From Phycisphaerales bacterium (GTDB lineage Bacteria > Planctomycetota > Phycisphaerae > SM23-33), in assembly GCA_018644725.1 (NCBI GenBank), contig JABGPZ010000060.1:1622-65621 (forward strand): a stretch of 64,000 bases of DNA, written 5' to 3'. Below are positions 18,332-25,866 of the stretch, in pieces. The notes under the pieces are model-generated. The model saw only the letters and a program-made list of their open reading frames with translations, had not been told where the DNA came from and did no database searches. The translations under genes and the position numbers were made by a program. Positions within the stretch are counted from its first letter, which is position 1; the number at the start of each line of letters is the position of its first letter.

Positions 18332-19486
18332 TTAGGCATTCAAGCCGGTGATCATGCCGTGGGCAAGCTCGTTGCGGAATTCGAGGGAATATTCCCCGAT
18401 CAGCTCGCCCGCTTCATAGTCGCCCGTGGACGCGAGCGGTTTGTAGTGGAAGCTGCGCCCAACGAGCGGCAGAACGTCAACGCGGCTGGAATCCAGCAGC
18501 ACGACCGTGTCGGTGGGCACGTTGCGCGAGAGCAGCACACGGCAGACGCCGAAGTCGCTTTCGTAGATGCTCACCATGTCGCGGTAGGTTTCGTCCTGGG
18601 TGGTGTAGCCGCGCGAGGCCGTGATGAAGTTGTTGATGCGGCGCTTCTGGGCACCGTTGACGACGATGGTGTCGATGCGGCTGGACGCGTTTTCCCACAC
18701 CAATCGCAGTGCGAGATTCAGCTGGGCCTCGGTGAGGGCCGCGTCGGAGGGGAAGCTGCTCGCCCCAGGCACAAACGCGTTGGTCGAGATCGAGGGAATG
18801 ATGCCCTTCATCGTGCGGCGCACGCTGGACGAGCCTTCGGGGTTGGCGGCCGGGGACGTGCCGTTGAGGACGGTGTTCTCCAGGTCGCGCAGCAATTCGC
18901 GCAGACGTTCCTGCTTCTGATAGTCCAGCTCGTCGGCCACGGCGAGCTTGCGCACGGCGAGGTCGCTGCCGGAAACGCGCAGGGCCGAGGTGAAGATTTG
19001 GGTCCAGTTGCCGCGCCGTTGGCGGTTGGTGAACCGTGCAGCCGGAGCGTCGTCCCCTTCGAGTGCGGCGTTGCCGAGAATGTGCAGCGTGTCGGTGTCG
19101 GCCAGCTCTTGGGGGGTCGTGCTGCCATAGCCGCGCTGGATCGTCAGCGTGTTGCTCGACACGGCCGTGATGAACATCAGCTCTTTGGAGCCGGCCGCCT
19201 GGACTTGGTCGCCGACGCGGAAGCGCTCGCCGTTGGCAACGGTGATCGACGTGGTATCTTTGGATGCGTCATCGAGGCTGTCGTGGTCGATGACATCTTT
19301 GTTGGGCAGAAGGGTGTCTTCGAGCCACTCGTGATAGGTGCTGGTGGCTTCGCGGGGCGCGTCGCCGAGATGGTCGAGCAGGGGCGTCTCGTAGGGGCTG
19401 ACGATGCTGATGATGTCAGAGACATCTTCGGCGAGGTCTTGGAGCGATGCTCCGCTGGAATACGTTGCTTTGCCTGTAAAACTCAT
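18332..19486 (-). CDS. Major capsid protein, SU10/DUF5309-like HK97 fold (384 aa)
   Basis: EDVSDII..VSPYETPLL, HEWLEDTL, ALEGDDA, NWTQIF...VSGS, ELDYQ...ELLRDLE, R.MKGI, YESDFG, GELIGEYSLE..NELAHG.ITGL. RBS AAAGGA. Confidence 0.88.
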   Translation of the reverse strand: MSFTGKATYSSGASLQDLAEDVSDIISIVSPYETPLLDHLGDAPREATSTYHEWLEDTLLPNKDVIDHDSLDDASKDTTSITVANGERFRVGDQVQAAGSKELMFITAVSSNTLTIQRGYGSTTPQELADTDTLHILGNAALEGDDAPAARFTNRQRRGNWTQIFTSALRVSGSDLAVRKLAVADELDYQKQERLRELLRDLENTVLNGTSPAANPEGSSSVRRTMKGIIPSISTNAFVPGASSFPSDAALTEAQLNLALRLVWENASSRIDTIVVNGAQKRRINNFITASRGYTTQDETYRDMVSIYESDFGVCRVLLSRNVPTDTVVLLDSSRVDVLPLVGRSFHYKPLASTGDYEAGELIGEYSLEFRNELAHGMITGLNA

Positions 19487-19571
19487 GGCGGATCCTTTCG
19501 GGAAATGAAGCAGAATACGTTGTGTCCGCCTGACGGTCAGGCGAGAAATGAAAACGTGGGTGAGAAAACGG

Positions 19572-20021
19572 TTACTTCAGAGATCGTCGCAGGCGCAGGT
19601 AGGCCGTGAGGTCGCGACGGTTGCCGCTTTGGGCGGCGCGACGGGCGGTGTCGTCGAGGCGAACCTGGTCAGAGGCGACGGGGTTGGCAGCCGGGGCGCT
19701 CATTGGCGGCAGGGGTGCAGCCAGCGGCGGCGCGGGGGCGGGCTTGAGGAAGGGTTTGTCGTCGAGCAATGCGCCGAGTGCGTCGCGGGTGGCTTGGGCG
19801 TCGAGCGGGGCCGAGCAGTCCATGCGCGCCCGGAGCAGTGTTTCGCACGTCTCGGGGTCGATGGGTTTGGCCTCGCGCAGGGCCGTGTCGAGCAGATGTT
19901 GGTTGCTCTGTTCGAGAAGTTGCTGAGCGAGTTGGTCGCGCTGGGAGGTCATATCGTCGAGGTCGGTTTGGACGGTTTCGAGTGTGGCCTCGGGCGGGGG
20001 AGTGGCGTTGGGATCGGTCAT
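19572..20021 (-). CDS. Putative capsid scaffolding protein (149 aa)
   Basis: Lies between portal and capsid. Acidic coiled-coil, Pro-rich linker and basic C-terminal helix (DLTAYLRLRRSLK). Confidence 0.7.
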   Translation of the reverse strand: MTDPNATPPPEATLETVQTDLDDMTSQRDQLAQQLLEQSNQHLLDTALREAKPIDPETCETLLRARMDCSAPLDAQATRDALGALLDDKPFLKPAPAPPLAAPLPPMSAPAANPVASDQVRLDDTARRAAQSGNRRDLTAYLRLRRSLK

Positions 20022-21490
20022 TCGGCAGAGTCCTCCACGCTGGCGCGGTCATAGCCCAATTCGGCGAGGATGCGGTCCTGGCTGATGCCGAGTTGCTGCT
20101 TGAGGCGGGCGTTTTCGAGTTGATGGGTTTCGTCGTTGGGGAGCGGGTCGGGGAAGAGGACATCGATTTTTCGCTCGGCGGGCGTGGTGGCGAAGAGGTT
20201 ACTTCGGTCGAGGAAGTCCAGCGCGAGTTCCATCAATGCCCCCAGGCCGGTCGCAAAGGTCAGCCGCTTGCGGGCGGTGCGGCTGAGTAGGCCGCTGAGC
20301 ATCACACGCAGGGCGGTTGCGCTGGAGAGGTTGCCGATTTGGCCGCGCAGAATGCCCGCAGCGAGGGGCGTGACGCCCGAGAGCTTGTCGAGGCCCTGGC
20401 GAATTTGATCGATGTGCAGGTCTTCGGAAGGGCTGCCGTCGTCAGCGCCAAACTCTTCGATGCTGGCGTTGAGGTTGCCGGTGGCCCACATTTGGCCCGG
20501 GCCGACAGGGCGTTCGAGGAAGTCGTCGATGCCCTTGCCGAGATACATCTTGAACGATTGATACGTCACGCGGTGGGCGCGGTCGCACAGGCGTGTGTTG
20601 AGCTCGTCCTGCAGCGGGATCATCGGCTCGACGTCGCTGAAGCCGGCATAACTGCCGGGCGCGGCGATGTTCTGGATGTGGACGATGGGCAGGCGCCCCA
20701 GGGCGTTGGGGCCTTGGGCAACGAGGCGGCGGTTTTCGTAGCGCTGCCACCAGGAGGGCGAAAGGATCTCGACGATCTCGGTGGGCTTGGGCGACGAGGG
20801 TGTGCGGTTGAGCAGTCGGCGGATCGCGCCGGATTTGGTCGGCTCGGTACTCGAGCGGAAGTAGCGCTGAACCCAGTAGCGAGTCTGGCGGTAGTTGTCC
20901 GATTCGAGGATCGGAATCACACGCGGCGCTTCGATGGGTTCCAGGCGCAGGTTTCCTGCGGCGGCGATGGCGGTTTCGAGCGGGTCGTCGCTGGGGGGGA
21001 TGGATTCTGCGAAGTTGGCGGGGACGCGCAGGGCGACATCGACAAATCCGTAGACACTCGCGAAGAGGGCCATTTCTTCGAGGAGCAATTCCGAGCCGTT
21101 GGCGGCCAGGAGTGCGCCGAGGATTGCTTCGATGGCTTCGGCGCGAGCGGGGTCGGTGGCGCGACTTCGAAGGGTGACACCGCGGCCGAAGAGATAGTCG
21201 ACCATAGTGTTCACGCGCCATGCGATGTCGTTTTCGATGACGACTTCTTTGCGGCCTGCGTTGGGGCCCGCGCCGGGTTCGCCCGTGATGCGCGGGGGAA
21301 GGCCTTCTTCCTGCGCAAGGCGATAGGCTCGGCCCTGTTCGCCGCTGGGGGCGGGGGTCATGGGGTTTCGGTAGTAGTTCCACAGCCGTCGGTAGAGCGG
21401 TTCCTGGGCGGGCGAAAGCTGATCGATCAGCCAACGGACATGCTCGTCGTGAAGTGTGGAATCCTGGAAGGGTGCAAGTTCAAATGTCAT
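20018..21490 (-). CDS. Phage portal protein, SPP1 gp6-like (490 aa)
   Basis: LWNYY, ENDIAWRVNTMVDYLFG, NALGRLPIVHIQN...GFSDVEPMIPLQDELN, GNLSSATALR, LGISQDRILAELGY. RBS GAGGAG. Confidence 0.9.
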   Translation of the reverse strand: MTFELAPFQDSTLHDEHVRWLIDQLSPAQEPLYRRLWNYYRNPMTPAPSGEQGRAYRLAQEEGLPPRITGEPGAGPNAGRKEVVIENDIAWRVNTMVDYLFGRGVTLRSRATDPARAEAIEAILGALLAANGSELLLEEMALFASVYGFVDVALRVPANFAESIPPSDDPLETAIAAAGNLRLEPIEAPRVIPILESDNYRQTRYWVQRYFRSSTEPTKSGAIRRLLNRTPSSPKPTEIVEILSPSWWQRYENRRLVAQGPNALGRLPIVHIQNIAAPGSYAGFSDVEPMIPLQDELNTRLCDRAHRVTYQSFKMYLGKGIDDFLERPVGPGQMWATGNLNASIEEFGADDGSPSEDLHIDQIRQGLDKLSGVTPLAAGILRGQIGNLSSATALRVMLSGLLSRTARKRLTFATGLGALMELALDFLDRSNLFATTPAERKIDVLFPDPLPNDETHQLENARLKQQLGISQDRILAELGYDRASVEDSAE

Positions 21491-21698
21491 AGTGGGGTCT
21501 CCTCACTCTTGGAGGAATGTCGCAATGCTATGCGCAAAAAGTGTGTCCTCTTTTTTTCGAGGTTCGTGGGAGGTGCATGAATAGGGAGTGGAAATTTTCG
21601 GACGGTTTTTTGCTCCGCGACAGGCTACGCAGAAATTCTGCGCGAGGGGCATCGGCTTTTCCGTTTCAATCCCTCCCGCGCCGGAGTATGATGGTGCC

Positions 21699-22289
21699 AT
21701 GACGAAATTGATCAGCATCATGGGGCCCATTGGCGTGGGCAAGACGACTCTCGCAGAGCACCTCGCCGAAGAGCTGGGCGCGGAGTTGGTCCTCGAAGAT
21801 TTTGCGGGCAATCCCTATTTGGCCGACAGTTGCAGGGGGCGCAATGATTTGATCTTGCCGTCGCAGGTCTATTTTTTGATGACGCGCGCTCGGCAGTTGG
21901 CCCGGGAACACTGGGACTCGCGCGAGGGCCTGGCGGTGAGCGATTATGCGTTTTGTCAGGATGAGTTGTATGCCCGGCTGAAGCTCGTGCCGCAGGAGCT
22001 GGCGATCTATCGAGCGCTGCTGGAACCGACGATGGGGTTGGTGACGCGGCCTCGGGTGCTGATTCATCTCGACGCGCCGCTGGAGGTCCTCTGCGACCGG
22101 ATCGCCGGACGCGGGCGGGAGTTTGAATCGTGGTACACCGAAGAATTTCTCGCCGCGCACCGTCAGGCGCACTGGGACTATCAGCCGCCGGCGGGGGTGA
22201 AATTGTTGCGGGTGAACACGGCCGAAAGCGATCTGCGCGAGGACTCGACGCGCGAAAAACTGGGCCGGATGATCCGCGCGGTGCTTTGA
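21699..22289 (+). CDS. Deoxynucleoside kinase (dAK/dGK family)
   Basis: P-loop GPIGVGKTTL, NPYL, QVYFL..R, VSDY, RIAGRGREFE. Confidence 0.9.
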   Translation: MTKLISIMGPIGVGKTTLAEHLAEELGAELVLEDFAGNPYLADSCRGRNDLILPSQVYFLMTRARQLAREHWDSREGLAVSDYAFCQDELYARLKLVPQELAIYRALLEPTMGLVTRPRVLIHLDAPLEVLCDRIAGRGREFESWYTEEFLAAHRQAHWDYQPPAGVKLLRVNTAESDLREDSTREKLGRMIRAVL

Positions 22290-22339
22290 ATTGCCACAAT
22301 CCATTTGCTCCCCAGCCCGGAAGTTGCTAGCATGTGGCC

Positions 22340-24076
22340 ATGTACAAATACTTTCTGACACTCCGCTACATGCTCAGCAAGTTCCTGCCCCACCTTTCGT
22401 CGTTGGGCGTGGCGCTGTGTGTGTTCCTGTCGCTGACGGTGATCAGCCTGTTCTCGGGATTCCTCGACAAGCTTGAAACGTCCGCGCGCGGACTTTTCGG
22501 CGAGATCATCATCGAAGCGCCCGGCGCGAACGGCATGCCCGACTATGATGCGTTTATCCAGTCTGTCACCGACGCGAAAACGGGCGTGGCCGAGGTTGCC
22601 GCCGCAGAGCCATTCATCATCAGCTATGGCATGTTGCGCCTCAAGGGCGATTCGACATTTCGTCAATATGTCCAGGTCGCGGGCATTCGCCTGCCGGGCC
22701 GTGAGAAAGTCAGTAGCTTTGCCGAAGGCCTGAAGGTTCAGCGTGGAGTCAACGCGCCGACGTTCAATCCCACGGCCAAGCAAACCGTCGCGGCGATCAA
22801 GGCCGAGCAGAAGATCATGGCCGATGCGATCCTCAAAGACGTTCCGCAGCTCACTAAGTTGCTGACGGCCAAAGAGCGTGAGGAGATTCGCAAAGACCCC
22901 GGGATGGCGGTGCGATTGTTCTTGCGGAAGGAATTGACCTTGACGGCCGCCCAGTCGCGGTTCCGCGAGGAGTGTTATCATGCGAGCACGCTATTGCTGG
23001 GAGCGCGCAGGCGACTGGCGGCTCAGGACCGCGTGCTGCCCATGATTGCGGCGGCACAAAAGGCCCTCGACGAGGCCATCGCCAACAAGGCCAGTGTGAC
23101 CGAGATTGATGACCGGCGCGAGAACCTCGAAGATTTGCAAGATGCATATGAGGTGGTCCCCGATGAGTATTCGGTGATTATCGGTTCGGAAATTCCGAGT
23201 TTGACGTTCCCGAGTCCTTCGGGCGAGATGATCCGTAGGATTGGCCCGGGCCACCAGATGACGCTGTATGTGTTTCCGGCCGGGAGAAATCCCAGCAAGG
23301 CCGATTTCTCGCCGGAAATTCGCATGTTCAAGATTACCGACGCAAACGAGTCGGGCGTGTTCAGCATCGACAAACTGTTCATCTATGTCCCGTTTGAAAC
23401 GCTCCAGACCCTGAGCTATATGGATGCGAACCCCACGTCGAGTGTGCCTACGCGTGCGCGGTGCAGCCAGATTCACATGCGCGTGAGCGGTGACGGTAGC
23501 GAGGAACACCTCCAGGCCGTCGCGGCGAAAGTGCGCGAAACCCTTGCGAAGTTCATGCAATCACATCCGGGGATGGCCGCAGCCAAGCCGACCGTGCAAA
23601 CTTGGCGCGAACGACAGGCGCAGGTTCTTCAGCCGCTCCAGCAACAGCGGATGCTCGCGATTTTCGCGTTGATCCTGATTTCGCTGGTGGCGGTGGTTCT
23701 GATTTTCGCGATCCTCTATATGATGACGGTGCAGAAGACCCGCGAGATCGGGTTGCTCAAGGCACTCGGCGCGTCGAATTCCGGCGTGGCGGGGCTGTTC
23801 TTCATCTTCGGGTCGACGATCGGCGTGGCGGGGTCAGCCATCGGCGTGGGCCTGGCCTATCTCGTGGTGACGAACATCAACGCGGTGCAGTCGGCGCTGG
23901 GCCTGCAGGTCTTTACGCGGCGGACGCACCTGTTCAATGAGATTCCCAACACGATGGACTGGAACGCGGCGATTTGGGTGGTCGGCGGGGCGATTCTCGC
24001 GGGCCTGCTCGGCGCGCTGATTCCTGCCCTTCGCGCGGCCTGGAAACAACCCGTCGCAGCACTCCGATACGAATAG
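22340..24076 (+). CDS. LolC/LolE-like (FtsX/MacB-family) ABC permease with an enlarged periplasmic domain
   Basis: LRY N-terminus with TM1, long periplasmic region, and MTVQKTREIGLLKALGAS...IPALRAA...PVAALRYE. Confidence 0.88.
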   Translation: MYKYFLTLRYMLSKFLPHLSSLGVALCVFLSLTVISLFSGFLDKLETSARGLFGEIIIEAPGANGMPDYDAFIQSVTDAKTGVAEVAAAEPFIISYGMLRLKGDSTFRQYVQVAGIRLPGREKVSSFAEGLKVQRGVNAPTFNPTAKQTVAAIKAEQKIMADAILKDVPQLTKLLTAKEREEIRKDPGMAVRLFLRKELTLTAAQSRFREECYHASTLLLGARRRLAAQDRVLPMIAAAQKALDEAIANKASVTEIDDRRENLEDLQDAYEVVPDEYSVIIGSEIPSLTFPSPSGEMIRRIGPGHQMTLYVFPAGRNPSKADFSPEIRMFKITDANESGVFSIDKLFIYVPFETLQTLSYMDANPTSSVPTRARCSQIHMRVSGDGSEEHLQAVAAKVRETLAKFMQSHPGMAAAKPTVQTWRERQAQVLQPLQQQRMLAIFALILISLVAVVLIFAILYMMTVQKTREIGLLKALGASNSGVAGLFFIFGSTIGVAGSAIGVGLAYLVVTNINAVQSALGLQVFTRRTHLFNEIPNTMDWNAAIWVVGGAILAGLLGALIPALRAAWKQPVAALRYE

Positions 24077-24102
24077 GCACTGCGCGAATTCCGCATAGAC
24101 AC

Positions 24103-24132
24103 AAAAAAACCTTCCCAATGGAAGGTTTTTTT
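24103..24132. terminator. Bidirectional terminator between the lolC/E-like gene and tRNA-Asp
   Basis: A7-CCTTCC-caat-GGAAGG-T7. Confidence 0.85.
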
Positions 24133-24135
24133 AAA

Positions 24136-24209
24136 CGAGGCAGACGGGACTCGAACCCGCAACCTCCGGCGTGACAGGCCGGTGCGCTAACCAATTGTGC
24201 TACTGCCCC
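24136..24209 (-). tRNA. tRNA-Asp (GTC)
   Basis: GGGGCAGTAGCACAATTGGTTAGCGCACCGGCCT-GTC-ACGCCGGAGGTTGCGGGTTCGAGTCCCGTCTGCCTCG forms a cloverleaf with TTCGA T-loop and G73. CCA is not encoded. Confidence 0.96.
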
Positions 24210-24241
24210 GTTCGTTCGCCACGGTTGGCGACGGGAGGAGG

Positions 24242-24269
24242 ATTATACTTACCGCGCGAAAATTGTCAA
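24242..24269 (-). promoter_or_regulatory. Consensus sigma70 promoter of tRNA-Asp
   Basis: Minus strand TTGACA-N16-TATAAT. Confidence 0.8.
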
Positions 24270-24520
24270 CCGCTCTTTGCAAATTTTTGGGAATTTCTTT
24301 CTCAAACCCACAAATCGCGGCCCCGAAGGGCTTCATTCTGTGTTTTCTTTCAAAAACGAAAATAGTACTTGCAAAATTTTCTAAATTCGCTTCAATAGAT
24401 GGCTTCTTCCTGCGTTGATCACAGGAGAGCTAGAAACCAATGGACCCCTATCGCGCCTCGCTTTGGGAGCTACTTTATCGTGGCCTCGAGTCGAGCGCTT
24501 ACCCCAAGGAGATTGGATTG

Positions 24521-25825
24521 ATGAGTCAGCATACCAAGATTTCACGCCGACGGTTTTTGACCTCGGCCACCGCCGCGGCAGCGTTGCCGATGATTGTTCC
24601 TTCCAGTGTATTTGGCGCCAATGCCCCCAGCGAGCGGATCGAACTGGCGGGGATCGGCATGGGCGGCCGTGGCGTGGGGAATATGAAAAACCTGATGAAC
24701 CAAAAAGGTGTTCAGGTCGTTGCGACGTGTGATGCGGACCTCCTTAAGGCCCAGAGCTTTGCGCGATACGCTGAGGGCAAGCAGGGGCAAAAGGGCGTCA
24801 AGGTTTATCAGGACTACCGCGAGCTTCTCGCGAAGACGTCCTGTGACGCGGTGATGATTGGCACGCCGGACCACCTTCATGCCGTGATCGGTATTGCCTG
24901 TGCCAATGCGGGCAAGGACATCTATGGCGAAAAGCCGTTCGCGCGCTACATCAAAGAAGGCCGCGCACTGGTCAATGCCGTCGAACGCAATGGTGTGATT
25001 TGGCAGACCGGCAGCTGGCAGCGTAGCAAGAAGAGTTTCCGCCATGCGTGCGAGCTCGTTCGCAATGGCCACATGGGCAAGATCACGAAGATTACCATCG
25101 GCTTGCCCGCAGGTTGGGGCAGCTACGACAAGTACAAGGCTCCCATCAAGCCGCAGGCGGTTCCCAAGACTTTGGACTATGATTTGTGGCTTGGCCCGGC
25201 GCCGTGGTCTCCCTACTACAAAGAGAAGGTTACCTATTCCTGGCGCCTGATCAGCGATTATGGCGGCGGCAAGCTGCTCGACTGGATTGGTCACCACGGC
25301 GACATCGCTCAGTGGGGCCTTGGCCGCGACAATTCTGGCCCGTGCAAGTGTACCCCCGGCAAGATTACCTATCCCACGCACGGCCTTTTCGACACGCCGA
25401 TCCAATACAAATACACCCTCGAATATGATGATGGCATTGAGGTCGAAATTGGTGACGACAAGCAGGTGCCCAAGGGGTGCCGGTTCTGGAATGACAAGGG
25501 CGAATGGCTGGAGGTTTCTCGCAGTGATCTCACGGCGTCGAATAAGGCGTTGCTCAAGACCGTCATTGGTCCGGGCGAAACGCGATTGTACCATTCGAGC
25601 GACCACGAAGCCAACTGGACCAGCTGCATCCGGTCTCGCAAGCAGACCATCACACCAGCAGAAACCGCGCACCGTTCGGTGACGCTGGGGCACTTGTGCC
25701 TGATCGCCGAACGCCTCGGGCGGACGGTCAACTTCGATCCCAAGACGGAATCGTTCCTCAAAGATCCCGCCGCACAGGCCCTCACGCAACGCGCATACCG
25801 CGCTGGCTGGGAACTGCCGCTGTAG
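24521..25825 (+). CDS. Tat-exported Gfo/Idh/MocA oxidoreductase
   Basis: SRRRFL Tat motif, GIGMGGRG, TPDHLH, GKDIYGEKP, QTGSWQRS, DLWLGPAP. RBS AAGGAG. Confidence 0.93.
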   Translation: MSQHTKISRRRFLTSATAAAALPMIVPSSVFGANAPSERIELAGIGMGGRGVGNMKNLMNQKGVQVVATCDADLLKAQSFARYAEGKQGQKGVKVYQDYRELLAKTSCDAVMIGTPDHLHAVIGIACANAGKDIYGEKPFARYIKEGRALVNAVERNGVIWQTGSWQRSKKSFRHACELVRNGHMGKITKITIGLPAGWGSYDKYKAPIKPQAVPKTLDYDLWLGPAPWSPYYKEKVTYSWRLISDYGGGKLLDWIGHHGDIAQWGLGRDNSGPCKCTPGKITYPTHGLFDTPIQYKYTLEYDDGIEVEIGDDKQVPKGCRFWNDKGEWLEVSRSDLTASNKALLKTVIGPGETRLYHSSDHEANWTSCIRSRKQTITPAETAHRSVTLGHLCLIAERLGRTVNFDPKTESFLKDPAAQALTQRAYRAGWELPL

Positions 25826-25866
25826 CTTCGACCCCTTTTCGATAGACCTCTCATAAGGATATACCC

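Larger units (their letters stand above)
9952..21490 (-). mobile_element. Phage-derived virion morphogenesis and lysis operon (GTA-like or cryptic element)
   Basis: 16 co-oriented, tightly packed ORFs, many with overlapping stop/start codons, in portal-scaffold-capsid-adaptor-tail/baseplate-lysis order. No integrase, terminase, replication genes or att repeats seen. Confidence 0.85.

Noticed and set aside
9952-21490. Interpretation as encapsulin, contractile injection system/tailocin, or complete prophage
   Set aside because: Portal and scaffold argue against encapsulin. A capsid without sheath or tube argues against eCIS/tailocin. Absence of packaging, replication and lysogeny genes argues against an autonomous prophage, although a remnant cannot be excluded.
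24136-24209. tRNA-Asp as attachment site for the phage-like cluster
   Set aside because: No duplicate of the tRNA 3' end was seen near either cluster boundary, there is no integrase, and two host-type genes intervene.
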